Of a stretch of 64,000 nucleotides of DNA, positions 54,558 through 64,000 are shown in pieces. The notes under the pieces were generated by a model that was not told the origin of the DNA, did not search any database, and worked only from the letters and a program-made list of their open reading frames with translations. This DNA is from Gammaproteobacteria bacterium (GTDB taxonomy: Bacteria > Pseudomonadota > Gammaproteobacteria > Tenderiales > Tenderiaceae), in assembly GCA_016200485.1 (NCBI GenBank), contig JACQEP010000007.1, positions 48,653 to 112,652 of the forward strand, written 5' to 3'. Position 1 is the stretch's first letter. The number at the start of each line of letters is the position of its first letter. The translations under genes were made by a program, and so were the position numbers.

Positions 54558-57281
54558 TTAATGCGCCTGATCCCAGTTATCCCCTACCCCGGCATCCACC
54601 ACCAACGGCACTGAGAGCTCAGCCGCCTGACTCATGAGGTGTGGCAGTTGTTGTCGGCATTCGTCTAAACAATCCTGGTGGATTTCAAACACCAATTCAT
54701 CGTGGACTTGCATGATCATGCGGGCCTCGACCTTGGTTTGCTGTAGCCAATGATCAGTAGTAATCATCGCCAGTTTGATAATGTCGGCGGCGGTGCCTTG
54801 CATCGGCGCGTTGATGGCGGCGCGCTCGGCATATTGGCGGCGCTGGCCGTTGCGTGAGTTGATTTCGGGCAGATATAAACGACGACCCAATAAGGTTTCG
54901 ACATAACCGCGATCATGGGCCTCGCTGCGCATTCGGTCCATGAAATCTTTGACGCCGGGATAACGCGAGAAATAAAGATCGATATATTGTTGCGCCGCGT
55001 AGCGGTCGACATCGAGTTGCTTGGCGAGGCCAAAGGCAGACATGCCGTAAATTAAGCCGAAGTTGATGGCCTTGGCGCTGCGGCGTTGGTTGGCATCGAC
55101 TTGATCGAGCGGCACGCCAAAGACCTCGGCTGCTGTGGCGGAGTGAATATCCAGGCCCTGCTGAAATGCACGTTTCAGGCTGTTGTCATTCGACAAATGC
55201 GCCATGATGCGCAATTCGATTTGCGAATAATCCGCTGCCAGCAGTTGATAACCCGGCGCGGCGATAAATGCCTGGCGGATACGTCTGCCCTCCTCGCTGC
55301 GAATCGGAATGTTTTGCAGATTCGGATCACTCGATGACAAGCGGCCGGTGGCGGTGACGGCTTGATGATATGACGTATGCACCCGGCCGGTGCGCGGATT
55401 GATCTGTTCCGGCAGTTTGTCGGTGTAGGTCGATTTCAATTTGCTCAGGCTGCGGTGTTCGAGCAGCAAGCGCGGCAATTCGTATTCGAGCGCCAATTCC
55501 TGTAACACGGATTCGGCGGTAGATGGTTGGCCAGTGGGTGTCTTTTCCAACACCGGCAGGCCCTGCTTATCGAATAGGATTGCCTGAATTTGTTTCGGCG
55601 ACGCGAGATTGAAGGGTTCGCCTGCCGCATCATGGGCTTGTTGTTCGAGCTCGATCATCCGTTCGGCCAGCAGCTTGCTTTGGCGCTTGAGCATGTCACT
55701 GTCGATCAATACGCCATTGCGTTCCATGCGTGACAACACCGGTACCAGCGGCATCTCAACTTCGCTGAACACGCGCTTGAGACTGGGTTCTGCTGCAACC
55801 TTGGGCCACAAGTGCTGATGCAGGCGCAGCGTGACGTCGGCATCTTCGGCAGCGTAAGGCGCGGCGATCTCAATGGCAATTTGATTGAAGGTAATCTGCT
55901 TGCTGCCCTTGCCGGCGATGTCCTCGAAGTGAATGGTTTCGTGTTGCAGGTAAGCCAGTGCCAGCGAATCCATGTCGTGGCGCGAGGCAGTGCTGTTGAG
56001 GACGTAGGATTCAAGCATGGTGTCGTAGGCGATGCCGTCGAGCGTGATACCGTGATTGGCAAGCACGCTCATGTCGTATTTAAGATTCTGGCCGATCTTG
56101 GCGCGGCGCGGATCTTCCAATAATGGTTTAAGTTGCGCCAGAACCTGTTCACGATTGAGTTGTGCAGGTGCGCCGGGATAATCGTGGGCCAACGGTACAT
56201 AAGCCGCCTTGTTTGCTTCAATCGCGAATGAAACACCAACAATCTCGGCCTGAATGTAATCCAGGCTGGTGGTTTCGGTATCAAAGGCAAAGGCTTCGGC
56301 GGATTGTAGTTGTTGTAACCAATGTTGAAACTGTTCTGCGCTGAGTATGGTTTCATAATCAGCGGCGGTTTTTTCTGTGGCGGGCTTTTCTGCTGCGGCA
56401 AATGACTTTTCTTCATCAGCCGTTTCATTCAATTGCGCCAGCCAGGTCTTGAATTCAAGTTGCTGATACAGACCGCGTAGCGCGGCGGTGTCCGGCGCCT
56501 GTAAATGCAGCTCATCAGGGGCTAACGCCAAATCAACATCGCACTTGATGGTGGCCAGCCGCCGCGACAACTCCAGTTGCGCCAGATTCTCACGCAGGCT
56601 GTCGCCCACCTTGCCGCTGATTTCATCAGCGCGGGCGATGATCTGATCGAGGCTGCCATATTCCTGTAACCATTTGACGGCAGTTTTGGGGCCGACCTTG
56701 GGCACGCCGGGGATGTTGTCGGAGGTGTCGCCGACCAGTGCCAGGTAATCGACGATGCGTTCCGGCGGGATGCCGAATTTTTCGATCACACCCTCACGGT
56801 TGAGGCGCGAGTCGGTCATGGTGTTGACCAGGGTGATATGATCGTCCACCAGTTGCGCCATGTCCTTGTCACCGGTGGAGATCACAGTATTGAGTTTCTG
56901 ACGGCGGGCCTGAACGGCCAGCGTGCCGATCACGTCATCGGCCTCGACGCCTTCAATCACCAACAGCGGAATGCCCATCGCCTTGACCAGCGCGTGCAGC
57001 GGTTCGATCTGAGTGCGAAGATCGTCAGGCATCGGCGGCCGGTGCGCCTTGTACTGGGCGAACAGCTCATCGCGGAAGGTTTTGCCCTTGGCGTCGAAGA
57101 CCACCACTATCAATGTTGGCTGGTAATCCTTGATCAGGCGCCGCAGCATATTGGCGACGCCGTAGACCGCGCCGGTTGGCTGGCCTTTAGAGTTAGTCAG
57201 CGGCGGCAGGGCGTAAAAGGCCCGATACAGGTAAGATGAGCCATCGACCAGAATAAGCGGTGTTTTTGCAGTAGTAGACAT
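54558..57281 (-). CDS. polA: DNA polymerase I.
   Basis: 907 aa. 5'-3' exonuclease N-terminus ([33 protein letters not shown]). 3'-5' exo motifs. Polymerase motifs A ([18 protein letters not shown]) and C (QVHDELVFE). Confidence 0.93.
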   Translation of the reverse strand: MSTTAKTPLILVDGSSYLYRAFYALPPLTNSKGQPTGAVYGVANMLRRLIKDYQPTLIVVVFDAKGKTFRDELFAQYKAHRPPMPDDLRTQIEPLHALVKAMGIPLLVIEGVEADDVIGTLAVQARRQKLNTVISTGDKDMAQLVDDHITLVNTMTDSRLNREGVIEKFGIPPERIVDYLALVGDTSDNIPGVPKVGPKTAVKWLQEYGSLDQIIARADEISGKVGDSLRENLAQLELSRRLATIKCDVDLALAPDELHLQAPDTAALRGLYQQLEFKTWLAQLNETADEEKSFAAAEKPATEKTAADYETILSAEQFQHWLQQLQSAEAFAFDTETTSLDYIQAEIVGVSFAIEANKAAYVPLAHDYPGAPAQLNREQVLAQLKPLLEDPRRAKIGQNLKYDMSVLANHGITLDGIAYDTMLESYVLNSTASRHDMDSLALAYLQHETIHFEDIAGKGSKQITFNQIAIEIAAPYAAEDADVTLRLHQHLWPKVAAEPSLKRVFSEVEMPLVPVLSRMERNGVLIDSDMLKRQSKLLAERMIELEQQAHDAAGEPFNLASPKQIQAILFDKQGLPVLEKTPTGQPSTAESVLQELALEYELPRLLLEHRSLSKLKSTYTDKLPEQINPRTGRVHTSYHQAVTATGRLSSSDPNLQNIPIRSEEGRRIRQAFIAAPGYQLLAADYSQIELRIMAHLSNDNSLKRAFQQGLDIHSATAAEVFGVPLDQVDANQRRSAKAINFGLIYGMSAFGLAKQLDVDRYAAQQYIDLYFSRYPGVKDFMDRMRSEAHDRGYVETLLGRRLYLPEINSRNGQRRQYAERAAINAPMQGTAADIIKLAMITTDHWLQQTKVEARMIMQVHDELVFEIHQDCLDECRQQLPHLMSQAAELSVPLVVDAGVGDNWDQAH

Positions 57282-57408
57282 GGATTATTGAGTGTGGGCA
57301 CGAAGAATCGATTATTATGCAACACTTTGCACGACTGGTGCCGAGACAACTTATGCCGATATAAGAAATATTAAGCTCAGGCATACTCATAGAAGGATCT
57401 TAAATCTT

Positions 57409-58134
57409 ATGAACGATCAGCAAAAATCCAGTCATCCCAGCATGTGGCCAGTCAACGACTCCACCCTGACGCGCGAGTCATGGAAAATCTTCCAGATCAT
57501 GGCCGAATTCGTCGAAGGCTTTGAGCGCCTGGCGCAGATCAAGCCCTCGGTCAGCATCTTTGGTTCGGCGCGGACGCCGGAAAATCACCCCTATTACAAG
57601 CTGACCGAAGAGATCGCCCTGTTATTGTCAGACGCCGGCTTTTCCGTAGTCAGCGGCGGCGGACCGGGCATTATGGAGGCAGCCAACCGCGGCGCCTTTG
57701 CCGGTAAATCACCGAGCATTGGCCTGAATATTTCGCTGCCGCATGAGCAAAACACCAATCCGTATCAGGACATCTCGCTGCATTTCCGCCATTTCTTCTC
57801 GCGCAAGGTGATGTTTGTGAAATACGCCTCGGCCTATGTCGTATTACCGGGTGGTTTCGGTACCCTGGACGAACTGGCCGAGATTCTGACCCTGGTGCAG
57901 ACCCAAAAGACGCGGCGGATTCCCATTATTTTGGTACACAAGCCTTTCTGGGACGGTTTGTTAAAATGGTTTGAAGAAACCCTGGTCATGGAAAAGACCA
58001 TCGACCCTGACGACATGCAATTGATGCAGGTCGTCGACACACCCAAGGAAGTGGTAGATGCTATCTTTAGTCATTATGAGAAACGTGGCTTTGAACCGTC
58101 GGCAGAAGAACGTGAGATCCTCATGGATCTGTAA
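57409..58134 (+). CDS. LOG-family (TIGR00730) cytokinin riboside 5'-monophosphate phosphoribohydrolase-like protein.
   Basis: SVVSGGGPGIMEAANRGA and VLPGGFGTLDELAEILTLVQT are LOG motifs. Start chosen at MNDQQK after AGAAGGA (the ORF-track start 57292 would collide with the polA start). Confidence 0.8.
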   Translation: MNDQQKSSHPSMWPVNDSTLTRESWKIFQIMAEFVEGFERLAQIKPSVSIFGSARTPENHPYYKLTEEIALLLSDAGFSVVSGGGPGIMEAANRGAFAGKSPSIGLNISLPHEQNTNPYQDISLHFRHFFSRKVMFVKYASAYVVLPGGFGTLDELAEILTLVQTQKTRRIPIILVHKPFWDGLLKWFEETLVMEKTIDPDDMQLMQVVDTPKEVVDAIFSHYEKRGFEPSAEEREILMDL

Positions 58135-58138
58135 CCGG

Positions 58139-58459
58139 ATGGCCGGGGCGGCGCTGTGCGCTGCCCTGCTGCCGTCGTTCGTTGCGGCTGAAGGAAACAA
58201 CAATGAGCCCCTGCCGCCGCCAGCCTTGGTCAATAGTGACCAGGTTCAGGAGGAAGAGGTCGTGATCACGCCGCGCTCGAATGAGCGGGTGCGTGAGTAC
58301 CGCATGCACGGCCAGCTATTCATGATCGAAATCATCCCTACCAAGGGGCCGCGCTACTACCTGCTGGATACCGATGGCGACGGGGTGTTAGAGACGCGGC
58401 GTTATAATGTCGAGCCCGATGTCACGATTCCACGCTGGGTGATACTGCGCTGGAAGTAA
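58139..58459 (+). CDS. DUF2782-family secreted protein.
   Basis: Signal peptide (MAGAALCAALLPSFVAA), then EEVVITPRSNERVREYRMHGQLFMIEIIPTKGPRYYLLDTDGDG. Confidence 0.6.
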   Translation: MAGAALCAALLPSFVAAEGNNNEPLPPPALVNSDQVQEEEVVITPRSNERVREYRMHGQLFMIEIIPTKGPRYYLLDTDGDGVLETRRYNVEPDVTIPRWVILRWK

Positions 58460-58798
58460 AGGCAAGTTTCAAACCCGCCCCATGGTTATCAATAACGATT
58501 ATCAACAAAAACTGTGGATAACTCTGTGCACAGTCTGCGCGTGGCTGACGCCAGGGCCAACATCAGTACATTGGGTAAAATCTGGTTTAAAAAGTAACCA
58601 GGCGAATCGGCCAATAATAATCAATAGGTTACAAGATAATCTTGCGTGAAACTTCAAAACATTGGTCTAACCCTGTTATTCTGTTATAAGAAAATCTTGG
58701 TGTGAATAACTTCCCGAGCTACAGTTCGGGGTAGAATAGGCCGTTATTGCGTTAAGATTCCAGGGAAGAAACAAAGACATGAGGCATCAGCAGCGGGC

Positions 58799-59683
58799 GT
58801 GATGAATCCAGCGGGATTGAAAAACGCGCTACACCTCCTGTATTCCCCTCCGTCGCGGTTGGTGACGGGGGTGAATCTTCTGTTTTTATTAATGTTGACC
58901 TATGCCCTGGCGCAGCTGACGTGGCGGTTGTTGCCTGCGCCGGAACCGATGCCGTTCCCCCCCGTTTCGGTGCAAGCCGTGGCGGCGCCGACCTCGGGTT
59001 TGATTGCCGCTGCGGCGGAAGTGGCGAACTGGCATTTGTTTGGACGCAAGGATCCGACAGCTGCCGGCCCAGTGCCGGATGCGTTGCCGGATACCCGTCT
59101 CGGCTTGATGTTGCGGGGATTGCTCGCCTCAACCGAGCCCAAGTATTCGCTGGCGATTGTGGCGGATCCGGCGGGTCAGGAGAACTATTACAAGGTAGGC
59201 GATAGCCTGCCGGGTGGGGCCGAACTCCACGAAATCCATGCCGATCGCATAGTATTGCGCCGTGCGGGCCAGTATGAGACTCTGCGGCTGCCCAAAGAGG
59301 GAGTGGACTTGCAATCGAATTCAGCCGGGGGGATCTCACCTCCGACATCGTCTTCGGCACTGCCAGCAAGCACTGCGCCGCTGGCGAGTTATCGTCAGGC
59401 ATTGGTCAATAATCCGCAGCAAGTCGCCGATTTAATTCATATTGAAGCGGCGCAGGATGGCAATCGCTTCCGCGGCTATCGTCTGCAACCGGGGCGCGAT
59501 CCGAGTTTTCTGGCACGATATGGCTTGCGGCCAGGGGATGTCGTAACCCGGATCAACGGCGTGACGCTGGATAATCCCGCCAAGGGTGTCGAGGCGATGC
59601 GTCAATTGTCGGAGGCGCCGATGATCGATCTGGAAGTCGAGCGCAATGGGGTGCGGGAACAATTTATGTTGCCGGTGGAATAA
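58799..59683 (+). CDS. gspC: Type II secretion system protein GspC (N-terminal TM, C-terminal PDZ).
   Basis: TM (LLFLLMLTYALAQLTWRLL). PDZ-like C-terminus (FRGYRLQPGRDPSFLARYGLRPGDVVTRINGVTLDNPAKGVEAMRQL). Immediately upstream of gspD. Confidence 0.75.
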   Translation: MMNPAGLKNALHLLYSPPSRLVTGVNLLFLLMLTYALAQLTWRLLPAPEPMPFPPVSVQAVAAPTSGLIAAAAEVANWHLFGRKDPTAAGPVPDALPDTRLGLMLRGLLASTEPKYSLAIVADPAGQENYYKVGDSLPGGAELHEIHADRIVLRRAGQYETLRLPKEGVDLQSNSAGGISPPTSSSALPASTAPLASYRQALVNNPQQVADLIHIEAAQDGNRFRGYRLQPGRDPSFLARYGLRPGDVVTRINGVTLDNPAKGVEAMRQLSEAPMIDLEVERNGVREQFMLPVE

Positions 59684-59711
59684 TCAGTTGCAGGAATAGC
59701 ACGGACAAAGA

Positions 59712-61832
59712 ATGAAGTTGGGATGGATGATGTCAGGTTCGGTTCAGCGCCGTTGTTGGGGTGTGGTGTTTGCGCTCGCGTTGGCAGCGCCCGGCCCGGT
59801 GTGGGCCGAGGCCAAAATCACCTTCAATCTGAAAGAGGCCGATATCGGCACAGTCGTGGCGACGGTGTCGGATTTCACGGGCAAGAATTTTATCGTCGAT
59901 CCACGGGTCAAGGGCAAGGTCACTATCATCTCCGCGCGCCCGATGAACAAGGATGAGGTATATCAAACATTCTTGTCGTTATTGGAAGTACACAATTTCG
60001 CTGCGGTACGCACTGGCAATATCATCAAAATCGTGCCCGATGTGAATGCCAAGCAATCGGCGGGCAACGTTTCTGGCGTGGATAATCCTGGCGAGGGCGA
60101 CGAGATTGTGACTCAGGTGATCGAGGTCAAGCACGTTTCGGCCGCGCAGTTGGTGCCGATCCTGCGGCCGCTGGTGCCACAACAAGGCCATATGGCGGCG
60201 TATGCGCCGACTAACGTGTTGATCGTTTCCGATCGGGCGGCGAATCTGAAACGGTTGTTGCAGATCATTGAGCGGATCGACATTGCTTCCGCCACCGATA
60301 TCGAAGTTTACCGGCTCAAATATGCCTCAGCCGCGGAAGTGGTACGAATTATCGAGATGCTGAATCGTCAGGGACAACGCCCTGGTGATCCCGGCGCGCC
60401 GAGCGAAGTGCCGGTGCTGGTGGCGGATGAGCGTACCAACAGTATCCTGATGGGCGGTGATAAATCGTCGCGCCTGTCAGCGCGGGCCTTGATCACTCAC
60501 CTTGATACGCCAATGGAAAGCAGCGGCAATACGCACGTTGTGTATTTACATTACGCCAAGGCCAAGGAACTGACGCCGGTGTTGACAGGATTGGGCGATA
60601 CCTACGAGAAAGAGAAAAAAGGTGGTGCCGTCGGCGCCGCGCCTTCGCCAGGTGCCGGTGCGCCCGGCGCACGGGCGCCGATAACCATTCAACCCCACGA
60701 AGCGACCAATGCCTTGGTGATCACTGCCCCGCCGGATTTGTTCCGCGAGCTTGAGAGTGTCATCAAGAAACTTGATGTGCGGCGGGCGCAGGTGCTGGTC
60801 GAGGCCGTGATCGCTGAGATTTCAAATAATCGTATGAAGGAATTGGGTGTGCAGTGGATTGCCGATGGCACGCCGGGGGGGAACGGGCCAGTGGGCGGCA
60901 CAAACTTCGGTAGCAACAATATCCTCAAGTTGGGGGCGGCGGTGCGTGGCAATACCGTGCCCGAAATCACTCCGGGCGCGCTGTTGGGTATCGGCCGATT
61001 TAACAGCAAGAATGTGAATTTCGGCGTTTTGATTAATGCGCTGGAGAGTGATGGTGATTCAAATGTCTTGTCCAAGCCGACCATCGTCACGCTCGATAAC
61101 GAAGAGGCGGAGATTATCGTTGGTCAGAATGTACCGTTTATAACAGGTTCATATAGCGGTACCGGAAATTCAACAACGCCGCAGAATCCATTTCAGACCA
61201 TCAAGCGTGAAAATGTCGGTATCACGCTCAAGGTCAAGCCGCAGATCAATGAAGGTGATGCCATCAAGCTTGATATCGAGCAAAAGGTCGATGCCCTAGT
61301 GCAAAGTTCTCTGCCAGCTTCCGATTTGATTACCAGTACCCGTTCAATCAAGACTTCGGTTCTGGTCGATGACGGTGGCGCGATTGTGTTGGGTGGCCTG
61401 ACGACCGACGATTTGAAAGAGAGTGTGCAGAAGGTGCCGATCCTGGGTGATATTCCGTTGATTGGCGCGCTGTTTCGCTATAAAAAAACCACCAAGGAAA
61501 AAACCAATCTAATGGTATTTATCCGGCCGGTGATCATGCGTGATGCAGCGGTGACTACGCGCATGACCGCAGGTAAATACAACTATATTCGTGGCCAGCA
61601 GGTCACTGCCCGCGAGCGCGGCGTTGGTTTGATGGATGACAAAGAAGCGCCGGTAATGCCGGAGTTACAGGAGTTTGTCGAACTGCCACCACCCTTTGAG
61701 CTGGTGAATCCGATTCCGCGCCGCAAGCCGCAACCGGAAACCACGCCGGCACCCTTACCAGAACCAGCACCTGCGGGGGATGATTCACCATCCGAACCCG
61801 AAGCGGTATTCCAAGAATTCAATGGACAGTGA
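59712..61832 (+). CDS. gspD: Type II secretion system secretin GspD.
   Basis: Signal peptide. N0/N1 domains. Secretin core (VPILGDIPLIGALFRYKKT). 706 aa. Pro-rich C-terminal tail. Confidence 0.9.
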   Translation: MKLGWMMSGSVQRRCWGVVFALALAAPGPVWAEAKITFNLKEADIGTVVATVSDFTGKNFIVDPRVKGKVTIISARPMNKDEVYQTFLSLLEVHNFAAVRTGNIIKIVPDVNAKQSAGNVSGVDNPGEGDEIVTQVIEVKHVSAAQLVPILRPLVPQQGHMAAYAPTNVLIVSDRAANLKRLLQIIERIDIASATDIEVYRLKYASAAEVVRIIEMLNRQGQRPGDPGAPSEVPVLVADERTNSILMGGDKSSRLSARALITHLDTPMESSGNTHVVYLHYAKAKELTPVLTGLGDTYEKEKKGGAVGAAPSPGAGAPGARAPITIQPHEATNALVITAPPDLFRELESVIKKLDVRRAQVLVEAVIAEISNNRMKELGVQWIADGTPGGNGPVGGTNFGSNNILKLGAAVRGNTVPEITPGALLGIGRFNSKNVNFGVLINALESDGDSNVLSKPTIVTLDNEEAEIIVGQNVPFITGSYSGTGNSTTPQNPFQTIKRENVGITLKVKPQINEGDAIKLDIEQKVDALVQSSLPASDLITSTRSIKTSVLVDDGGAIVLGGLTTDDLKESVQKVPILGDIPLIGALFRYKKTTKEKTNLMVFIRPVIMRDAAVTTRMTAGKYNYIRGQQVTARERGVGLMDDKEAPVMPELQEFVELPPPFELVNPIPRRKPQPETTPAPLPEPAPAGDDSPSEPEAVFQEFNGQ

Positions 61833-63330
61833 GATCTCTGTCAAACCTCCGCTGTTGCGTCTCAAGCGCCTGCCCTTTGGTTTTGCCAAGCGGCATGGTG
61901 TGCTGTTTCAGGAATTTGCTGACGGCCACGTCAAATTAACCTGCCGTCGCGGCGCCAGTGCCCGCAGTCTGGCGGAGGCGCGGCGTCATTTTGGTTTGCC
62001 ATTGCAGCTGGAATGGTTGGATACCGCAGCTTTTGAGCGTCTGCTGCAGCAAAGTTATCAAGGCGATTCCACCGAGGCGATGGAAATGATCGACGGTCTC
62101 GGCGAGGAAAACGATCTGACGCGTATCGCCGCTGAATTGCAGGAACCCGAGGATTTGCTCGAGAGCGAGGATGACGCGCCGATCATTCGCTTGCTTAATG
62201 CCTTGTTGTCGCAGGCGATCAAGGAAAATGCTTCCGATATTCACATCGATGCCTACGAAGGGCGGATGGTGGTGCGCTACCGTGTCGATGGAGTGTTGCG
62301 TGAGGTGCTGGAGCCGAAGCGTGCGCTGGCGCCATTGCTGGTGTCGCGCATCAAGGTGATGGCTAAGCTTGATATCGCTGAAAAACGTTTACCACAGGAT
62401 GGCCGCATCTCATTGCGTATTGCTGGGCGGCCAGTGGATGTGCGTGTTTCGACGCTGCCGGTAGGGCATGGCGGCGAGCGCGTAGTGTTGCGTCTGCTGG
62501 ATAAGCAGGCGGGCAAACTCAATCTTGAACATCTGGGAATGGAGGCGAAGTCGCGGGAGTTGCTTGACCGTCTGATTCATCGTCCGCATGGCATCATTCT
62601 GGTTACAGGCCCGACGGGTTCGGGTAAAACGACGACGCTTTATGCCGCGTTGTCACGGCTCAATGACCACAAACGTAATATCATGACCGTCGAAGATCCG
62701 ATCGAATATTACATCGATGGTATCAGCCAAACAGCGGTCAATACCAAAGTCGAAATGACCTTTGCCCGCGGGCTGCGCGCTATTTTGCGGCAGGATCCGG
62801 ATGTGGTGCTGGTCGGCGAAATCCGCGATCTGGAAACAGCCGAGATTGCGGTGCAGGCTTCGCTCACCGGCCACTTGGTGTTGTCGACCTTGCATACCAA
62901 TACCGCCGTCGGCGCGGTGACGCGCCTGCGTGACATGGGGATTGAGCCGTATTTATTGTCATCGAGTTTGATTGGCGTGCTGGCGCAACGCCTGGTGCGC
63001 TTGTTGTGCCCGCATTGCAAGCAGGCGCAGCCAGCAACCAGTGCTGAATGTGAAGCGTTCGGCTGGGATGCCAAGCAACCACCAACAATTTATTCGCCGA
63101 AGGGCTGTCCGCAATGTAAGCAAAGCGGTTACGTCGGGCGCACCGGTATTTACGAATTGGTGATGCTTGATGAGCATCTTCAGGAAATGGTGCATGTCGG
63201 GCGTAGCGAGCAGGAAATGGAGCATTATGCGCGCGGCATGACGCAGGGCATTCGCGATGACGGCTTGCGACGGGTGTTGCAGGGCGATACTTCGTTGGAA
63301 GAAATTCTACGGGTAACACGCGAGAACTAA
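61822..63330 (+). CDS. gspE: Type II secretion system ATPase GspE.
   Basis: Walker A (GPTGSGKTTT). Asp box. His box. Tetracysteine zinc motif (CPHCK...CPQCK). Start chosen at MDSEIS (11-nt overlap with gspD). Confidence 0.9.
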   Translation: MDSEISVKPPLLRLKRLPFGFAKRHGVLFQEFADGHVKLTCRRGASARSLAEARRHFGLPLQLEWLDTAAFERLLQQSYQGDSTEAMEMIDGLGEENDLTRIAAELQEPEDLLESEDDAPIIRLLNALLSQAIKENASDIHIDAYEGRMVVRYRVDGVLREVLEPKRALAPLLVSRIKVMAKLDIAEKRLPQDGRISLRIAGRPVDVRVSTLPVGHGGERVVLRLLDKQAGKLNLEHLGMEAKSRELLDRLIHRPHGIILVTGPTGSGKTTTLYAALSRLNDHKRNIMTVEDPIEYYIDGISQTAVNTKVEMTFARGLRAILRQDPDVVLVGEIRDLETAEIAVQASLTGHLVLSTLHTNTAVGAVTRLRDMGIEPYLLSSSLIGVLAQRLVRLLCPHCKQAQPATSAECEAFGWDAKQPPTIYSPKGCPQCKQSGYVGRTGIYELVMLDEHLQEMVHVGRSEQEMEHYARGMTQGIRDDGLRRVLQGDTSLEEILRVTREN

Positions 63331-63338
63331 GAATCGTT

Positions 63339-64000
63339 ATGGGTGCCTTTGAATACACCGCACTTGATACCACTGGCCGCCAACGCAAGGGCGTGCTGGA
63401 AGCGGACACCGCGCGCCAGATCCGGCAGCAGTTGCGGGAGCAGGGGCTGGCGCCGCTGACGGTAGTGGAAGTGCAGCAGCGCGAGTCAAAACAAAAAACA
63501 ACGGGGTTCTCCCTGCGGCGCGGTGTCAGTCCGGCGGATATGGCGCTGATGACACGCCAGCTTGCGACATTGGTGCGCGCCGGCACGCCTGTCGACGAGG
63601 CCTTGCAGGCGGTATCGAAGCAAACCGAAAAGCCGCGTGTTGCCAATATCCTGCTCGGAGTGCGCAGCAAAATAAAAGAAGGCCATTCCTTGGCGGCGGC
63701 GATGGCGGATTTTCCGGGAGTGTTTTCCGATCTTTATCGGGCCACGGTGTCTGCCGGCGAACAATCGGGGCATCTTGAAGGTGTATTGGAGCGATTGGCC
63801 GATTACACCGAAACGCGGCATGCCATGCAACAGAAATTTCAGCTGGCATTGATTTATCCCGCCTTGATTGCGTTGGTGTCGGTGGCGGTAGTGATTGGGT
63901 TGCTCGGTTTTGTGGTGCCGAAGGTGGTCGGGGTGTTTGAAAACCTCGGTCAGGAATTGCCACTGTTGACGCGCATGTTGATTGCGCTCAGCGAATTTAT
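63339..64000 (+). CDS. gspF: Type II secretion system inner-membrane protein GspF; 3' end outside the window.
   Basis: Frame open from the ATG at 63339 to the window end. MGAFEYTALDTTGRQRKGVLEADTARQIRQQLREQGLAPLTV...FSDLYRATVSAGEQSG is the GspF N-terminal signature. Confidence 0.85.
   Translation, partial: MGAFEYTALDTTGRQRKGVLEADTARQIRQQLREQGLAPLTVVEVQQRESKQKTTGFSLRRGVSPADMALMTRQLATLVRAGTPVDEALQAVSKQTEKPRVANILLGVRSKIKEGHSLAAAMADFPGVFSDLYRATVSAGEQSGHLEGVLERLADYTETRHAMQQKFQLALIYPALIALVSVAVVIGLLGFVVPKVVGVFENLGQELPLLTRMLIALSEF

Noticed and set aside
62864-63963. Minus-strand ORFs (268, 145 and 114 aa) across gspE/gspF
   Set aside because: They are antisense to strongly supported T2SS genes and have biased Arg/Ala/Pro composition.
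1-64000. CRISPR arrays, rRNA genes, intact IS elements/transposases
   Set aside because: No regularly spaced identical repeats with unique spacers. No rRNA-like conserved stretches. No transposase-like ORFs. The only recombinase is the decayed integrase remnant.

Overview
This 64 kb window reads as a gammaproteobacterial chromosome segment. The backbone shows E. coli-like synteny: an engB(yihA)...polA neighbourhood, rep, and a tRNA-Arg(CCG) nearly identical to the E. coli one.

The first ~7.5 kb is an accessory, defence-type locus of five tightly coupled (+)-strand genes:
- a 5'-truncated AlbA_2/HATPase_c_4 ('Schlafen-like divergent AAA') gene carrying an in-frame (GVES)x5 12-bp tandem repeat;
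- hsdM;
- hsdS, with a ~128-aa C-terminal extension and an AT-rich first target-recognition domain (TRD1);
- a GTG-initiated ABC/SMC-type ATPase;
- an HNH nuclease with an extra N-terminal domain.
No hsdR lies downstream. I read the ATPase-HNH pair as a Septu-like (PtuA/PtuB-type) or possibly new effector module welded to a type I M/S module.

This locus is followed by a multiply disrupted tyrosine-integrase remnant, then by:
- a metal-homeostasis islet with two tandem His-rich periplasmic proteins (one of them a 44-aa lipoprotein below the ORF-track cutoff), a HupE/UreJ fusion, a DUF3240-like protein, and an RcnR/DmeF pair with a TACT-N7-AGTA operator;
- a small mobile-element-type module: DUF2188, DUF3892, XRE-HTH and an ImmA/IrrE peptidase.

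The remaining ~48 kb is housekeeping and accessory chromosome:
- chemotaxis, transport, stress and redox genes: an Aer-like MCP, MgtA, cytoplasmic alpha-amylase, tandem Slp lipoproteins, a LemA-TPM-TPM operon, an ABC-F protein, SlyD, an OYE reductase, pirin and an EAL/HDOD protein;
- signalling and respiration: a hybrid histidine kinase and a cytochrome b561/DUF1924/dihaem-c operon;
- envelope, replication and secretion: DsbA, engB, a SulP permease, polA and the start of a type II secretion operon (gspC, D, E, F).

Non-coding highlights:
- a GGA-motif-rich, terminator-ended candidate Csr/Rsm-family sRNA locus right after engB (the position csrC occupies in E. coli);
- a 148-bp element with 20-23-bp perfect terminal inverted repeats upstream of the SulP gene;
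- a purine/pyrimidine mega-palindrome in the dsbA divergent promoter region;
- a GCGTAAT iteron-like array.

I found no CRISPR array, rRNA or intact IS element.
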